Notes under the pieces: generated by a model
The model's input: the letters and a program-made list of their open reading frames with translations, nothing else
The model's database searches: none
What the model was told of the DNA's origin: nothing
Position numbers and translations under genes: made by a program
From: Felis catus
Lineage: Eukaryota
Assembly (NCBI RefSeq): GCF_018350175.1
Contig: NC_058368.1
Coordinates: forward strand, 10,912,001 to 10,976,000
Length of the DNA: 64,000 nt
Direction of reading: 5' to 3'
Shown here: positions 25,672 to 38,060 of the stretch, piece by piece
Layout: each line of letters starts with the position of its first letter
Numbering within the stretch: the first letter of the stretch is position 1

Positions 25672-26921
25672 AAAAAATGTATAAATAAATTTTTAATAAG
25701 ACATATGTTAATTACAGAAAACTGATAGTAAACAGGAAAACAGTAGCAAAGAGGAAAATAAAAGATGCCCCCCAAAAGTGCTGTTGACATTATGGACTGT
25801 TTACCTTATTACCATCTTTGTGCTGAAATCGATGACACACTTAAATCTTCAATATTTCTCCATAGTATTGAAGACTCTTGGTACCCGTCAATTTCAGCGG
25901 CTACACAATATTTCTTTCATGAATGTGCTATAATTTGTTTAACTCTGCCCGTGTTGTTGAATGTTTTGATTGCTTCTAGTCTTTGTTATTATGAATTATG
26001 TCATGCCGAGTACGAGCTAAAGCTTTTCCTGCATTTCTGCATTTTTCCACGCGAAATATTCTTAGAAATTGACTAAGAAAAGATAGGATTTTAAAGACTC
26101 CCAATACATAGTACCAAATTGTTTTCTGAAAATATTAGACCAATACTCCCATCTGCAGTTGATTAAAGTTCATTTTTCATAGCACCCTAACCAGAATTGC
26201 ATATCTTTTATAATCCTTTCTGCTTATTTAATTAATTTTTCGGGTCTTGTTTTTGTATTTTAACTTCTTTATTAGTTCAGTTGAACATTTTTTAAATATG
26301 TTTACTGGCCATTTATAATTCTTCTCTTACGAGCTAAGTTAGCATCCACCAGCGTCATAGTGCAGAACTGAATGTTAGCAAAATAATAGGAAGATGCACA
26401 CAGTTCACTCATTTATCAGTTTGAGCTGTTGCAATAACTCTTATATAAGATTATTTGTCAAATTCAGGTTTTAAAAAACAAAACCAAAACCGAAACATAT
26501 AAGGAAGAGCTATACTTACTCAACATTAATTGATAAGCCTTTATGTGCCATTACTGGGCTATAAATTATATACAAAGATAAATTAAACCATATTTTGCCC
26601 TCAAGATGCTTATAAGTTCAATCACGAGTGGTATGAAACAGAGTGTTATCTGCTAGAGAGCTGGAAACTCAAAGTTTACTGTGCACTCATAGGAAAGGAT
26701 CCGACTTCTTCCCGTGAAGCAGAGAAGTCTAAGAAGGGCAAGAGATTTTTGAGAGGCATCCTAAGGATGGGAAGGAGTCCAGCAGGCAGAAAAGGGACAG
26801 GAGTGCCAGATAAAGAGGTCTTGTTCAGCAAGATTCCAGTTATTAAGAGACCTGTCTTACTATGAAAAGGTGAGATTCTTGGTGGGGTTGGAGAGATAAG
26901 GCGTATTAGGAAATTGTGAGA

Positions 26922-27127
26922 GGGGCGCCTGGGTGGCTTAGGCGGTTAAGCGTCCAGCTTCAGCTCAGGTCATGATCTCACAGTTCCTGAGTTCGAGCCC
27001 TGCATCGGGCTCTCTGCTGTCAGTGCAGAGCCTGCTTTGGATCCTCTGACTCCCTCTCTCTCTCTGCCCCTCGCCCATTCGCATGTTCTTTCTTTCCCTC
27101 TCTCAAAAATAAATAAATGTTAAAAAA
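26922..27127 (+). mobile_element. Can-SINE within an L2 remnant
   Basis: TSD AAATTGTGAGA on both sides. Confidence 0.95.
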
Positions 27128-30100
27128 AAATTGTGAGAGCCAAGAGTGGTTAGTCTGAGGCCAAACTATGAAGAAATGTATATGTATTAAAGAAGAATTT
27201 GAACTCCTTCTATTTTTGGTGTGAAGTCAGCATTTTTTTAAAGCGGTACTACTAACCTCATTTTCAGATGCAGAATTGGAGGTGGAGAGATGTGTGGTGA
27301 TTTGCCACATGATGCTGTTAGGAAGTGACAGATTTTTGAACCCATTTCGTGTGACTCCTGAAACAGGGCTTTTCCACACAAGGCTGTTCTGCTTCCCAAG
27401 ACTCTGCTCATCCTCACCATATCCACACAGAGTATGCCCTGCGAACCGTGTTGAGTAATAAAGACTGCAGGGGAGGAGCCAGTTCTGCTCTGCCTGCCCC
27501 TATCACACACCCGTGCCTAATACACATACACCCCCGCCTCACCCCACCCCCATACACCCCTTTCATCCCATGCCCCCCAAGAGAAAAAAAGGTACCGGTC
27601 TACCTGGCAAAGGAGAGCGCTGTGGAGGGCGATGCAGTGGGCACTGGCATCTCAACATACTTTGTTTTAGGCTCAGAACCAAGGAGTATATCTAGTGCCA
27701 ATAAAAATGTCAACCACGCCGCTCTTCACCTTCCCACAGGCTAGTGCGGCCTCAGAAAGCAAGGGTTACCAAAGTATTTTTTTTCTTCACACTCACCTTG
27801 GTAAAAGCACATTCCTGATCAGATAATTAGGCTCTGTAAAAGTGAATGCGAGAAAGAAAAATGCTTTTTTTCCTTGGTCTTCAGGGGAACCATTCTGTCC
27901 CTCATTAAAGATCCACTGTTAAAAAAAAAAAAAAAAAGACCCAGGATCTAGAAAGCCAAATCCTGTCTTCTGACACCATCCACGTAAACAAGTTTTCACT
28001 TCTGTCTTACTGATCTCTTCTTCCCTTTTAATGTCCCTGGTCTCCAAAATTAAAGAAAACCTAAAAATACCAGCGTGTTCTTAAGACCTATTGTTCTCCT
28101 CCCTGCACTTCAAAGTTACTGGAGACATTTTGCAGATTTGTTCAGTTTCTATGAATTGTTACCATATGAATCAGTAGAAGCAAAGAGCTGAAAAGCTTGA
28201 TGTGGAAGAAGTTTGCTGTATTTTGGCAGATGCTCTGCTGGATAGCAGCTAATAAAGTGCAAAGCCAGCTGGTGAGCCCTCCGCCTAGATGCTTCCCGAT
28301 GGGTGGGAGGTGACCTCTCCAGAATACACTGGAATTCGTTAACCACCATTTGGAGATGGTGTTAAGAATCCTCCCATGATCTGGTGCACATGAAACCTTC
28401 TTATTTTTCTGCAGCCCACTTATCCCTCCATGGATGCACATTTAACCCTTTGACAGAAATCCAACGCCGGTCGTAGAGATCAACGGCATAGAATTTCTTC
28501 ACTTTCACCACGCTCTTGACCTGACAAACCCATTTATTTTGAATTGATTTATTTTATATTTATAAAATACATTTAAATATTTGTATTTATTTTATTTTTA
28601 TTTGTTTTGACTCCCCGTTTACTCTTTATAACCTGTCTTTGTATGTCATTCTTGAGTCATGTTTTTCTACAGAGAGGATTTCCCCCTTTCCTCCAATAGT
28701 CGCTACTGCATGCATAAGGAGGAGACGTGAGAAATGCTGGCAGATGTCTGGATATTTATTATTAATTTGTATTAGCTACGTGGCTGCTCAGGTTTTTTTA
28801 AGGAAATACAAAGTATACAACTTGGAATGCATCTACTGAAAATCTACCCATTTTCATCTGAAATATATTAACCAGCAAGATAAAGTAACTTCCTCAAAGA
28901 CACAGGTAAGGATTTGAGTTTGGTCGAATATGTTTCTAGAACCAGATGATTCTCAGATTACTCAGAATAAGAGTCAAAACTAATGAACGCCTGTCTAATA
29001 TTTTAAGCAGATGTTTGTTTTATCTAGAATTCAGAAGTTGACTATCTATGGTATTTTTTATGGGTGAAGATGAGATATTGATTACCGAGATAAACCAGAG
29101 ATAAATAAACACAGTTATGCAAAATTTCTTCTGATATAAATAAAATGAGATTTGAGTTTCTGCTTTGTAGCCCGAAGCCATATATGTAATAACCTTTTGA
29201 AAGATTTATTGATCCTTCTGGGAAAAAGTAATTTTCCCCAGAAACTAAGAAATAGTATCTTTTGTTTATTGTGGAGAGAGCATCTGTTAATTACGATTTT
29301 TCTCTTAATTCAGAAATCTTTAAATGAACAAAAAGAGGGCATTTACCAATAAGAGAAACATTAAGGCAGTAGATAAATGAGCAAAGAACCTGACCAGAAA
29401 ACACGTAAAGGAGAAAATATGGCCAGAGAAATGGGAAGGAAAAAATAATGGTTGAAAGTTATTGACATAATTATTCAAGGAGAAAACTGCATTTTTTTTT
29501 AGCAAAACACTGATGGGCCACTTTGGGTTGTGAAAGACAGTTGTAGGCCAATGCCAAGTGGAATCGAGAGGGGGCTAGAGGCAACAAAGGAACACAGCAC
29601 AGGGCTGGAAGGAGAGAAGGGGGTTTGATGAGGTGTGGTCTGGAAGAGGTTGCCTGGAAGACGCAGGAAGCTGGGATCTGGAAGGAAAGTCGGTGAGCTT
29701 CCAGAAACAGGAATAGCTGTGTCCTTTTACAAACAGAGATGTCCACTATTCAACTGTCAGGGTTTTGCCATGCTAAGAGGTTTTGTTTACTTGCAAACTC
29801 CACCCCTCTTTTGCTGTCCCCGGTATGAGGAGCCTTTGAGGGAAATGAAGAAGGGACGGTGTGATCATGGAAGGTTAAGAAATGGGGGGCGGGGGAGACT
29901 GACAATTCTGTCCATTCAGGAAATTGACACAAGAAGTGCCTGGAAGAAAAATAAGACCCTCAGATCTCCAGACTTGTCCCGGCAGACAGTGGGTTTCTAC
30001 CACCCAAGGGAATTGAAACTATTTTATTTTAAAAATAATGAGAACAAGGTGAAACTAGCAAACAGGAGAACTTGCTAACACTCCTGCAAGCTAATGTGAC

Positions 30101-31494
30101 CCCTTCTTTCTCAAAAGAATAAAAGACACACAAATTAAAATAAGCAGCAGGTACTGTTTTAGCTACCAAATTAGGGAGGAAGAACGGTAATGATGAGCTC
30201 GTCTTGCCATTTTGTACCTTCATTTATCATTGATAGCACTGTAAATTGGATCGACCCTTTGGAAAGGCAAGTTAGCAATTATACATCAAGAGACTTCAAT
30301 ATGTCGATATGCGTGGGCCAGTAATCACACTGCGGGACCAGATTTTAAGATTATCCAAATACAAAAATGGCATCACTGTTTTAAACAAGTTAATCATCGG
30401 AAATGATATATTTTAAGGTAACTGTTGGATCCACCTGACCTGCCTGCTTCTCTGCCAAGCCCCACTAAAATTGCCAAAGGGGCGTTTTATTTCCTGAAAG
30501 AGAAAACCCTGTGTCAGTTCTGAAAACTAGGAACATTATTATAAGGCGGGAAATAATGCTGAATAATTTCCAGACCGTAGAGTGGTAGCCAGAATGGACT
30601 GCTCGCATTTGGACATAAGCAAAGGAGGAAACCCACCTAGGAAATGAGTGGACAAGGGTCCCTCAGAGAACCTCAAAGGCCAAGGAAGCCCAGGCCATCA
30701 GTTACCCCGTGAAGTGCGGAGGTGACAGAAGGATACAGTGGAGACCAGCCCAACTGCACCAGTTTCCTGCCTCCGAGTCCTGGTACCACCTCTGCCCCGT
30801 TCTTCGCGGATAGTCAGCAGCATCCTCCTGATGGTGGCAGTCGCTTAATGAGAGGAAATGAGGGTCCTACCCAACTCACGTGGGGTCTGCTCTACCCCGT
30901 GGGGGCGTGGTGTCAACCCGCCCCCGTGCCCCGCAGGGACGTTCTGCCCCAGGGCAGCTTCGATACCCCCTCCCCTCTGCTCCTCCTCCCGCTCCACGCA
31001 CACCTTCTGCAGGCCAGCAGGTCAAGTCAGACCCCATTCCTGGACCTGACAGCCCCCCAGGCCGGGAGCGGCCCCTTCACAGCTGTGCCTGCCAACGACC
31101 CATCCGTCCAGGACAACACTTCAGCCGGTCAATGGTTTCCTGTAGCTCATTTTACATTAAGGTGTAAAAAAGAGGGGAATGGCGAGGAGGAACCCAAAGT
31201 GCAGGTGTAATCAGGAGTGTGGGGTGAATCGGCCAGTAGACAAAAAATGGGCCCATTGCACAGAGGAGCAGGGGAGAGGGGAGCACGTGCACAGGGGAGC
31301 AGGACCCTCTAGGACTTAACTTCTATCTCTCCCGAGTTGTGAAATTGCCGAGCCAATCAAGTGCACAGGTCCCCGCAAAGTTCAACAACCTGTGAGTCTT
31401 CTAGACCGGGAATCTGAGAAGGTGTTTTGCAAAAATATTTCTGCAGATATTTTGAGGGTCAGAAGGTCTCTGTCTCAACAACTCAGCTCTTCCC

Positions 31495-31700
31495 AGGCGA
31501 GCGACGACCGGGGCAGCTCCCCCAGGGCTCCCTGCTCAGAAGGACCCTGTGCTTGGGATTTAATGCTCTGAGCTCCCAGTCTCGACAGTTTTCATGATTT
31601 TATCTTTGAGTTTGTGTTTCATAAATGAAGTCCCAGGGGACATTGGAGCACGTGCTGAGGACGTGGAACTTGCTCATGCGAAATATCGCCTCTTGCAGGC
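31495..31700 (+). mobile_element. hAT-Tip100 fragment (Zaphod/MER115/MER91-like)
   Basis: GCTCAGAAGGACCCTGTGCTTGGGATTTAATGCTCTG...TTATCTTTGAGTTTGTGTTT...TGAAGTCC..GGGACATTGGAGCA. Confidence 0.6.
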
Positions 31701-32174
31701 TCCCAGCCTCCTGTTCCTTTCAGGCCAAATAAGGAAAATGGCATATGATTCCAAGCTGGAAATTGACTCTAAGTGTTTCTAGCCATTTCCTCCCCCTCCA
31801 CTCCATTTGCTTATACTTATTTTCCTTTCCTGGCAGCAGACTATAATTCTCATCTTAATCCCATCCGACCTATGTTCTATCTGCTGTAATTGTTTTCAAG
31901 TTTGGTTTTCAACTTTGATTTGTACGTGTGCTGCGTGTATATATATGAGCGTTTGTAACAACATGGACGTAAATTTTTAGAGGATTACTTTCATAGATGT
32001 TTTCCTTGTGTCTTATGTCATCACTTTTTACTAAGAAGATCATCCCAGGCTTTCTAGTCTGTTCTACATGCAATCCCCCTCTTCTCTCACCAGCAGCAAA
32101 TGGGTTTCGAGCCCATGGGACACGGGTGAAGAGAGGCTCCAAGTAATCGGGCCAACCTGGCTTCACAGCGGATT

Positions 32175-32365
32175 AGCTGTCAGGTCTTCAACGAGTTAGT
32201 ATTTAACCCCTTGAATTCTGTCACCTTTGTAAAATATGGATAATAATCGTGCCTATTTCATAGCATTATTGTGAAGATGAGATACACAACGTACAGAAAG
32301 TGTTTGGCATAATGCTGAACGCATCCTAAGTGCTCAACAAGGGTTAGAGCATCATCATCATCATT
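32175..32365 (+). mobile_element. MIR
   Basis: TGTAAAATATGGATAATAAT..GCCTATTTCATAG...ATTGTGAAGAT core. Confidence 0.7.
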
Positions 32366-32389
32366 AGCCTTCTTTAAAATGGATTTCAA

Positions 32390-32607
32390 GGGGCGCCTGG
32401 GTGGCTCAGCCGGTTAAGCGTCCAGCTTTGGTTCAGGTCATGATCTCATGGTCCGTGAGTTTGAGCCCCGAGTCAGGCTCTGTGCTGACAGCTCAGAGCC
32501 TGGAGCCTGCTTCAGATTCTGTGTCTCCTTCTCTCTCTGCCCCTCCCCCATTCATGCTCTGTCTCTCTCTGTCTCAAAAATAAATAAACATTAAAAAAAA
32601 ATTTTTA
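32390..32607 (+). mobile_element. Can-SINE
   Basis: TSD AATGGATTTC. Confidence 0.95.
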
Positions 32608-33054
32608 ATGGATTTCCAAACTTGGTAGTTCGCTTCATAATTCATCTTTTGCAAGTAACTTTTGCTACTTAGTTTTTCAATAATTCACAATCCATTTGTA
32701 AAGTTCCAAACATTTATTGGGATTTTTTTTTATCATAAATGTGTTTACCCTCTGAGATAATAGGATCATCATCCTTAAATAAATCAGTATTTCTACCTGA
32801 GGACACTACAGGTCTCTCCATTTATTCAATTTCTTCCATCTATTGGGAAAATTTTGTCATTTTCTTTATATTGGGTCCTAGACTGTATGCAGGACGGACA
32901 TTTATCAAGGAGAAGCCCATTGTCCATGTAAGGGGCAAGATTTAGCATCATGCCAGGTTCAGAGGAAAGACGTCACCATGAGGACCCATTTAGAGGGTCC
33001 GGGGTATGCAAGCTCTGAGAAAGGTTCATAACTACAGACTAAATGTGTGCCTCT

Positions 33055-33229
33055 GACATGTGACAATAAATACAAGGAGAAGATGGCCATCTGAAAACCA
33101 GGTGGCAGGCTCTCATCAGACACCTTGATCTTGAACTTCCCAGCTTCCTGAACTGTGAGGAATAAATGCTGTTGTTTAAGCCACCCAGTCTGTGGTGTTC
33201 TGTTATGGCAGCCCAAGCAGGCTAAGACA
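33055..33229 (+). mobile_element. MaLR LTR 3' half (MLT1A-like)
   Basis: CACCTTGATCTTGAACTTCCCAGC...AATAAAT...TTTAAGCCACCCAGTCTGTGG...CTAAGACA. Confidence 0.8.
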
Positions 33230-35104
33230 CTTGTCTTGCTTCTTTTTGAAGTTTCCCTGTTCTCCCAGCCTTCTGTGCATTCCCGTCAGATGTTAGCTGG
33301 GTCCGCAATTGTGCCTGAGCCCGTGTGGGGGCAGCACAGCCCCGCCCAGCCTGGAGAAGCCTCCTGAGGAGGCTGTAGAAGACTGTTGCCAGGCAGGCCC
33401 AGACATAGGTCATCGATTGGGTGCCTATCAGGATGGATTTCTGGAAATGTAAATACAGAAGCCTTTACCCTCCTACCCTGCCTCTCAATTCAGTTGCGGA
33501 TGTCATAGACAGGAGTAGAGACCCCTGACAGACACCAGAGACATTTTAAGTTAAAGGCAACACTTTTGGCCATGGGTTCTGTCCTTCTCTTTGCTTCTCT
33601 CCCTTTATGAATGGCCTGAGGCGTGGAAGGTGTCCCACTGGTTTCATTCGGGAGATCTGAGGGTTGGGTAGTACCCCACAAGAGAGAAAAATTGAAACTG
33701 GCTATTTGCTTGCTCTGAGCCCAAGGGGGAGCAGAAGGAATGAGGCAGAGAATCTGCTTCCATTCTGTATTATAGAGGGTATCTGGAGAGAAAAATGAGG
33801 ATCCCCAGTGCAGGCACTCAATTGACTTTTTGACAAATTGAGATGAAGCAATCTTGTCATGGTTTAGAAATGGCTCACTCCTGCGTGCTTCAGGATGAGG
33901 AGAACACTGGTGCTGGGGCCTCCTCTCAGGCCAGGACCAAGGTTTAAGTTGGTGAAGCTTCTTCCCCTTCTCTGACTTCCTGACTACCCCTTTGAGATCT
34001 GGAGGTCTCAGATTTTATCCAATTCTCAACAGGACTCGTGGAGACACTTTTAAGGCTAAGCCAGGTCTACCCCACTCGTTCACCTCAGATTTACGGTCAA
34101 GTGTAGGTTGTGGTTCACATATTTGAGACAAGAGCTCTCCCCCTGGGGATGTTGCCACACACATCCCATTGTGAGTTTTGTACACATCCACTCACTGCTC
34201 TGCTCTCCTGCCCTCACAGTGGGAACTGCTGCCTTGGCAAGGAGAAGTCCCAGGTAGCTCCCTGTCCAAGGCCAGCTTGCCGTTCCCCACCATGTGTCTC
34301 CTCATGGGCAACCAATGTGCTGAAGGGCAGAATCTACAGCTCACTTGCTGCAGTGGGTACTAGGTCAGTGACCAAGGCTGCAAAGTGCCCTCCCCAGCCA
34401 TCCAATAGGTCAGTAAGGGGGGATTCCCAATCTGATATCTGTTGTTTCTTTCCTCTATATCCTCCCAAGTGTGGGCCTGTGCATAAATTTAGGATCTGTA
34501 GCTGAACGTAGAAGCATCAAGGAATATCAAGCACCAAAGAGTGGAAGATGTAATCCAGGGTAGGGAGAAGGCATCCCCTTGTCTAACAAACTGAAGCCCG
34601 ATTTCTAGGGCTTTCTTATCATGAAATGACTACATGAATATATCCTTCCAAAACAAATATCCACATTAATATAGAACCTGGGAAAAGGATCTTCTTCCAC
34701 ATTCTTTAGGGCCCCCGGTACTATTGCAGGCCTTATGGCCCTGTTCTGAATGGCTAACTTGACTTCACACTGCTAATTAATGTAGTCAATGCAGAGCCTG
34801 CCGCAATTCTTGGGGAATGTGAACTGCAAGGTCTGACATAGATTGTTGGCCAGGCCAATGCCCTAGAGTCTAGTCGATGTCCAAGGACGTGAAAAGGGCA
34901 TGTCTCCCTTAACCACTCTTCTGGCCAAGGGAAACCCCTTTTGGGTGTTTGGGTGAACACCTTTTTGGGTGTCTCCCAGACAGCAGAGCTCCCCTTGGCA
35001 AAAGTGAAATCACTCTTGTGAAAGGGGACAGAGCAGAGTAAGTGCTCACTGAACCAGGCCCCACACATATACCACAAATGTTGATGCTGCAAAGGGAAAG
35101 GGTG

Positions 35105-36805
35105 GCTGTTTCAAAAAATGGTACCAAGTCAAATGAACATTATATAGGCAAATAAATGAATTTTAACCTCTGCCTCCTACCACACTCAAAAATCAATTCC
35201 AAATTTATTGCATATCTCAGTGTAAAAGATTTTAAGAAAACACGGGAGTATGTCTTCATGACCTTGGAGTAGGCATAGATTTCATAAATAGTATGCAGAA
35301 ATTGCTAGCCATAAAAGAAAGAAAAATAAACTACACTGAAGTTAAGAACTCCAATGTGTCTAAGAGTATCATTGTGGGAGCAGGGAGGTCAGGCCACAGA
35401 CTGCTAGAGGATGTATAAAGTGCTTAGTCTAGAAAGGAGACTATTCGGAGAATATTAAAAGTACCTACAGATAGCGAGAATTCTATCCGTTTCTTACTAT
35501 CACTGTGACAAATTGCTATACTTAGCGGCTTAACACAAATGTATATATTATCTTATAATTCTGGAGGTTAGATGTCCTAAGTCAGTTTTGCTGGGTTAAA
35601 CTCAAGGTGTTAGCAGGCCTGTGTTCCTTTGGAGGATCTAGAGGAGAATTCATTTCCTTACTTTTTCCAGCTTCCAGAGGCCACCTGCACTCCTTGGCTC
35701 GTGGGCCCATTCCTCCATCTGCAAAACCAGCAGGGTAGCCTCTAACCTGTGCTTCTACTGTTAGATCTTCTTTTTCTAACTTTGATCCTCCTGCCTCGCT
35801 CTTATCAGCACTCATGTGATTATATTGGGCCCAACTGGATAACCCAGGATAATCTTCCCATCTCAAGAACTTTAACTTAATCACATGTGCAAAGTCTCTT
35901 TCCCAATGAAAGGTAGCATACTCACAGCTTCAGGGGATTAAGGCATGGGCATCTCTAGGAGCCATTAGTCAGTTTACCATAAGAGAATATACACCCAGAG
36001 GAGAGGTCAACAGGAGAGCTGGGTGGGTTACAGGAGAGGATATCCAAATGGCTATTAAGCAAAGAAGTTATCAAGGAGGTACAGATTGAAGAGTTCACCA
36101 GGCACCAAGACTGCCCCACAACCAAAACAGCTAAAATCAAACAGAGAGACGACATTAGGTATTGATGAGAATGTAGAGCAGCTAGAGCAGTGGCACTGTT
36201 GGGAGTCAAAGGATTGGAACCATCAATAAGGAGAACCCTTTGTCACCATCTACTGGATTCAGACATGCACATAACCTGTGGCTCAGTAATTCCACTCCTA
36301 AGTATATACACAACTGTGTACATATGTTTGCTAAAAGACACATCCACAGGTATTCATGGAACCACTATTTGCAATGGCCACAGAGATGTCCATCTGTGAT
36401 GGGTGATGGATGACTTTTGATAGTGTCTTATGGTGAAAAACAATGAAGAATAAAGTTTACTTGCATTCCTCAGCACGGATAAATTTTAGAGATGTGATGT
36501 TGAGTGAGGAAAGCTGTTCCCAAGGAAATATGTCCATCATTCCATGTGTATGGAAGAAAAGAAGAGGCAAAACTAATGTATGGTTTCGGAAGTCAGGATG
36601 GTGGTTGCCCTAAGTGGCGAACCATGACAGGAGGGAGACGCAGGACAGGGAGGTCTCTGGTGCAGTGTTCTGTTTCATAATCTGTGCACAGATCACATGA
36701 GTGTATCCACTATAAGAAAATATATTCAGCTGTGCGATTATAATTTGCATACTTTTTTACATGTTATACTTTAATAATAATATTTACAAAAATAAAATAA
36801 AATAA
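35105..36805 (+). mobile_element. Old L1ME-like 3' remnant, interrupted by an MLT1D
   Basis: AAAATCAATTCCAAA; TCTTCATGACCTTGGAGTAGGC; CAGTAATTCCACTCCTAAGTATATAC; GAAGTCAGGATGGTGGTTGCC. Confidence 0.7.
35482..35981 (-). mobile_element. MaLR solo LTR (MLT1D-like)
   Basis: TTTTCCAGCTTCCAGAGGCCACCTGCACTCCTTGGCTCGTGG; TTGGGCCCAACTGGATAACCCAGGATAATCT; TTAACTTAATCACAT. Confidence 0.85.
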
Positions 36806-36953
36806 AACCAACTTTGGGAGAGTTTTTCTTTCCTGCTTCTCCACTGCAACATGCATAGTTACAAGCCCTTGCCCTCTGACTACAAAGGTCTGGAGGAGTT
36901 GAACAGCTGTCTTCTGTCTTCCCAACTTCCAATCAAAGATCCCCAAGCAATCA

Positions 36954-37690
36954 GGGCTTCCAAATTATTGTATCTGGCTTTTACTTAATCAATAAATTAG
37001 TGGGAGGGGAAGCCAAGGCTCTAAATGGTGCATTAGACCTGAGATAATGACTGGTCCAATCCAGGAAAATCTGCAGCTGCTTCTCTGTTTTCAGACTCCC
37101 CCATTTGTAAACAGATTCAATTCTGTCCCTAAGGAGTGATATTGTGACCTATCATATACCTCAGGCAATCCAAATTACATGCCTGGGTTTCATCATTAGC
37201 CTGGACTTCCATAGTTCCAAGTCATCCAGATGTTTTCCCATATTTTGGATTAAAAAATGTAATATTGTCTACATACATAATCATAATGGATTCCATTTCC
37301 AGCAAAAAATTATGGACCAGCCCCTGCAAGGTGGTTAGAGCTTTGCTTATCCAGAAAGGCAAATGCCTTAAAGTCATAAAATCCCTCTGGATCAACCAAA
37401 TCATCTTGGCCCTGTTTTCTGGACTTACTTCTACTTTCCAGAATCCTTTCTTCAAATCTATACCTTTGATCACCTTACTGGACCCTGATGGTCCTTCCAG
37501 ATAATAAGTTCTAAACATGGAGAAGCCGTATGGTTTATTAACAGCATATGTTCCCTGTTGTCGTCACTTACACATTGGCTGCTTTGAGCACCCAAGCCAC
37601 TAGCAAAGTGCCCAAACTCTCCAACTAGAGATGTCATTCTCACATACCAGCATGCCAACTTTTTCTCTTAATATTCTACAGAGTTCTTCA
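36954..37690 (-). mobile_element. Ancient Ty3/Gypsy LTR-retrotransposon pol remnant (reverse transcriptase plus thumb/connection), MamGyp-like
   Basis: Minus-strand translation gives colinear Gypsy RT blocks across frameshifts: AVNKPYGFSMFR; IDLKKGFWKVEVSPENRAK; LPFWISKALTTLQGLV; YVDNI (YVDN at 37264-37275); DRIESVYKWGSLKTEKQLQIFLDWTSHYLRSNAPFRALASPPTNLLIK*KPDTIIW. Confidence 0.88.
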
Positions 37691-37739
37691 TTTGCTCATG
37701 ACATCACTTAGTCCCTCCACAAGTAATTTCTTGAGAGTC

Positions 37740-38060
37740 TACTGCAGCCCAGCATGTTGTAGGCCCTGGGGACAGGTAATGAGGTAAATAGTCACAGACT
37801 TGGCCTTGTGACAGAGAGAGGGGACAGACAACGAAAAGATAAATACATGATATGATTGCAGGTGGAGGCAAGGCTAGGAAGAGGTAAAGCAGAGTGAGGG
37901 GAGGTGGCAGGGTGGAGTTTGATATTTTGGGCAACCTAGTCAGAAGGGCCTCTCTGAGCATGGACCTGAGTGAGGAGCTTCAGTATCCAGTATCTGGGGA
38001 AGGAGCATTCAGGTAGAGGAAGAGGTGGAAAGTCTGAGGAAGGAGGAAGTTTGACATACC
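37740..38060 (-). mobile_element. L2 remnant abutting the Gypsy fragment
   Basis: TAGGCCCTGGGGACA...GTCAGAAGGGCCTCTCTGAG...TCTGGGGAAGGAGCATTC. Confidence 0.6.

Noticed and set aside
28442..28500. TTAACCC start resembling a piggyBac terminus
   Set aside because: No matching inverted terminus or family similarity nearby.
30722..31210. Longest ORF in the track (162 aa, Pro/Ser-rich)
   Set aside because: It starts at GTG, shows no recognisable domain, and overlaps ORFs in other frames, as expected from stop-codon scarcity in GC-rich DNA.
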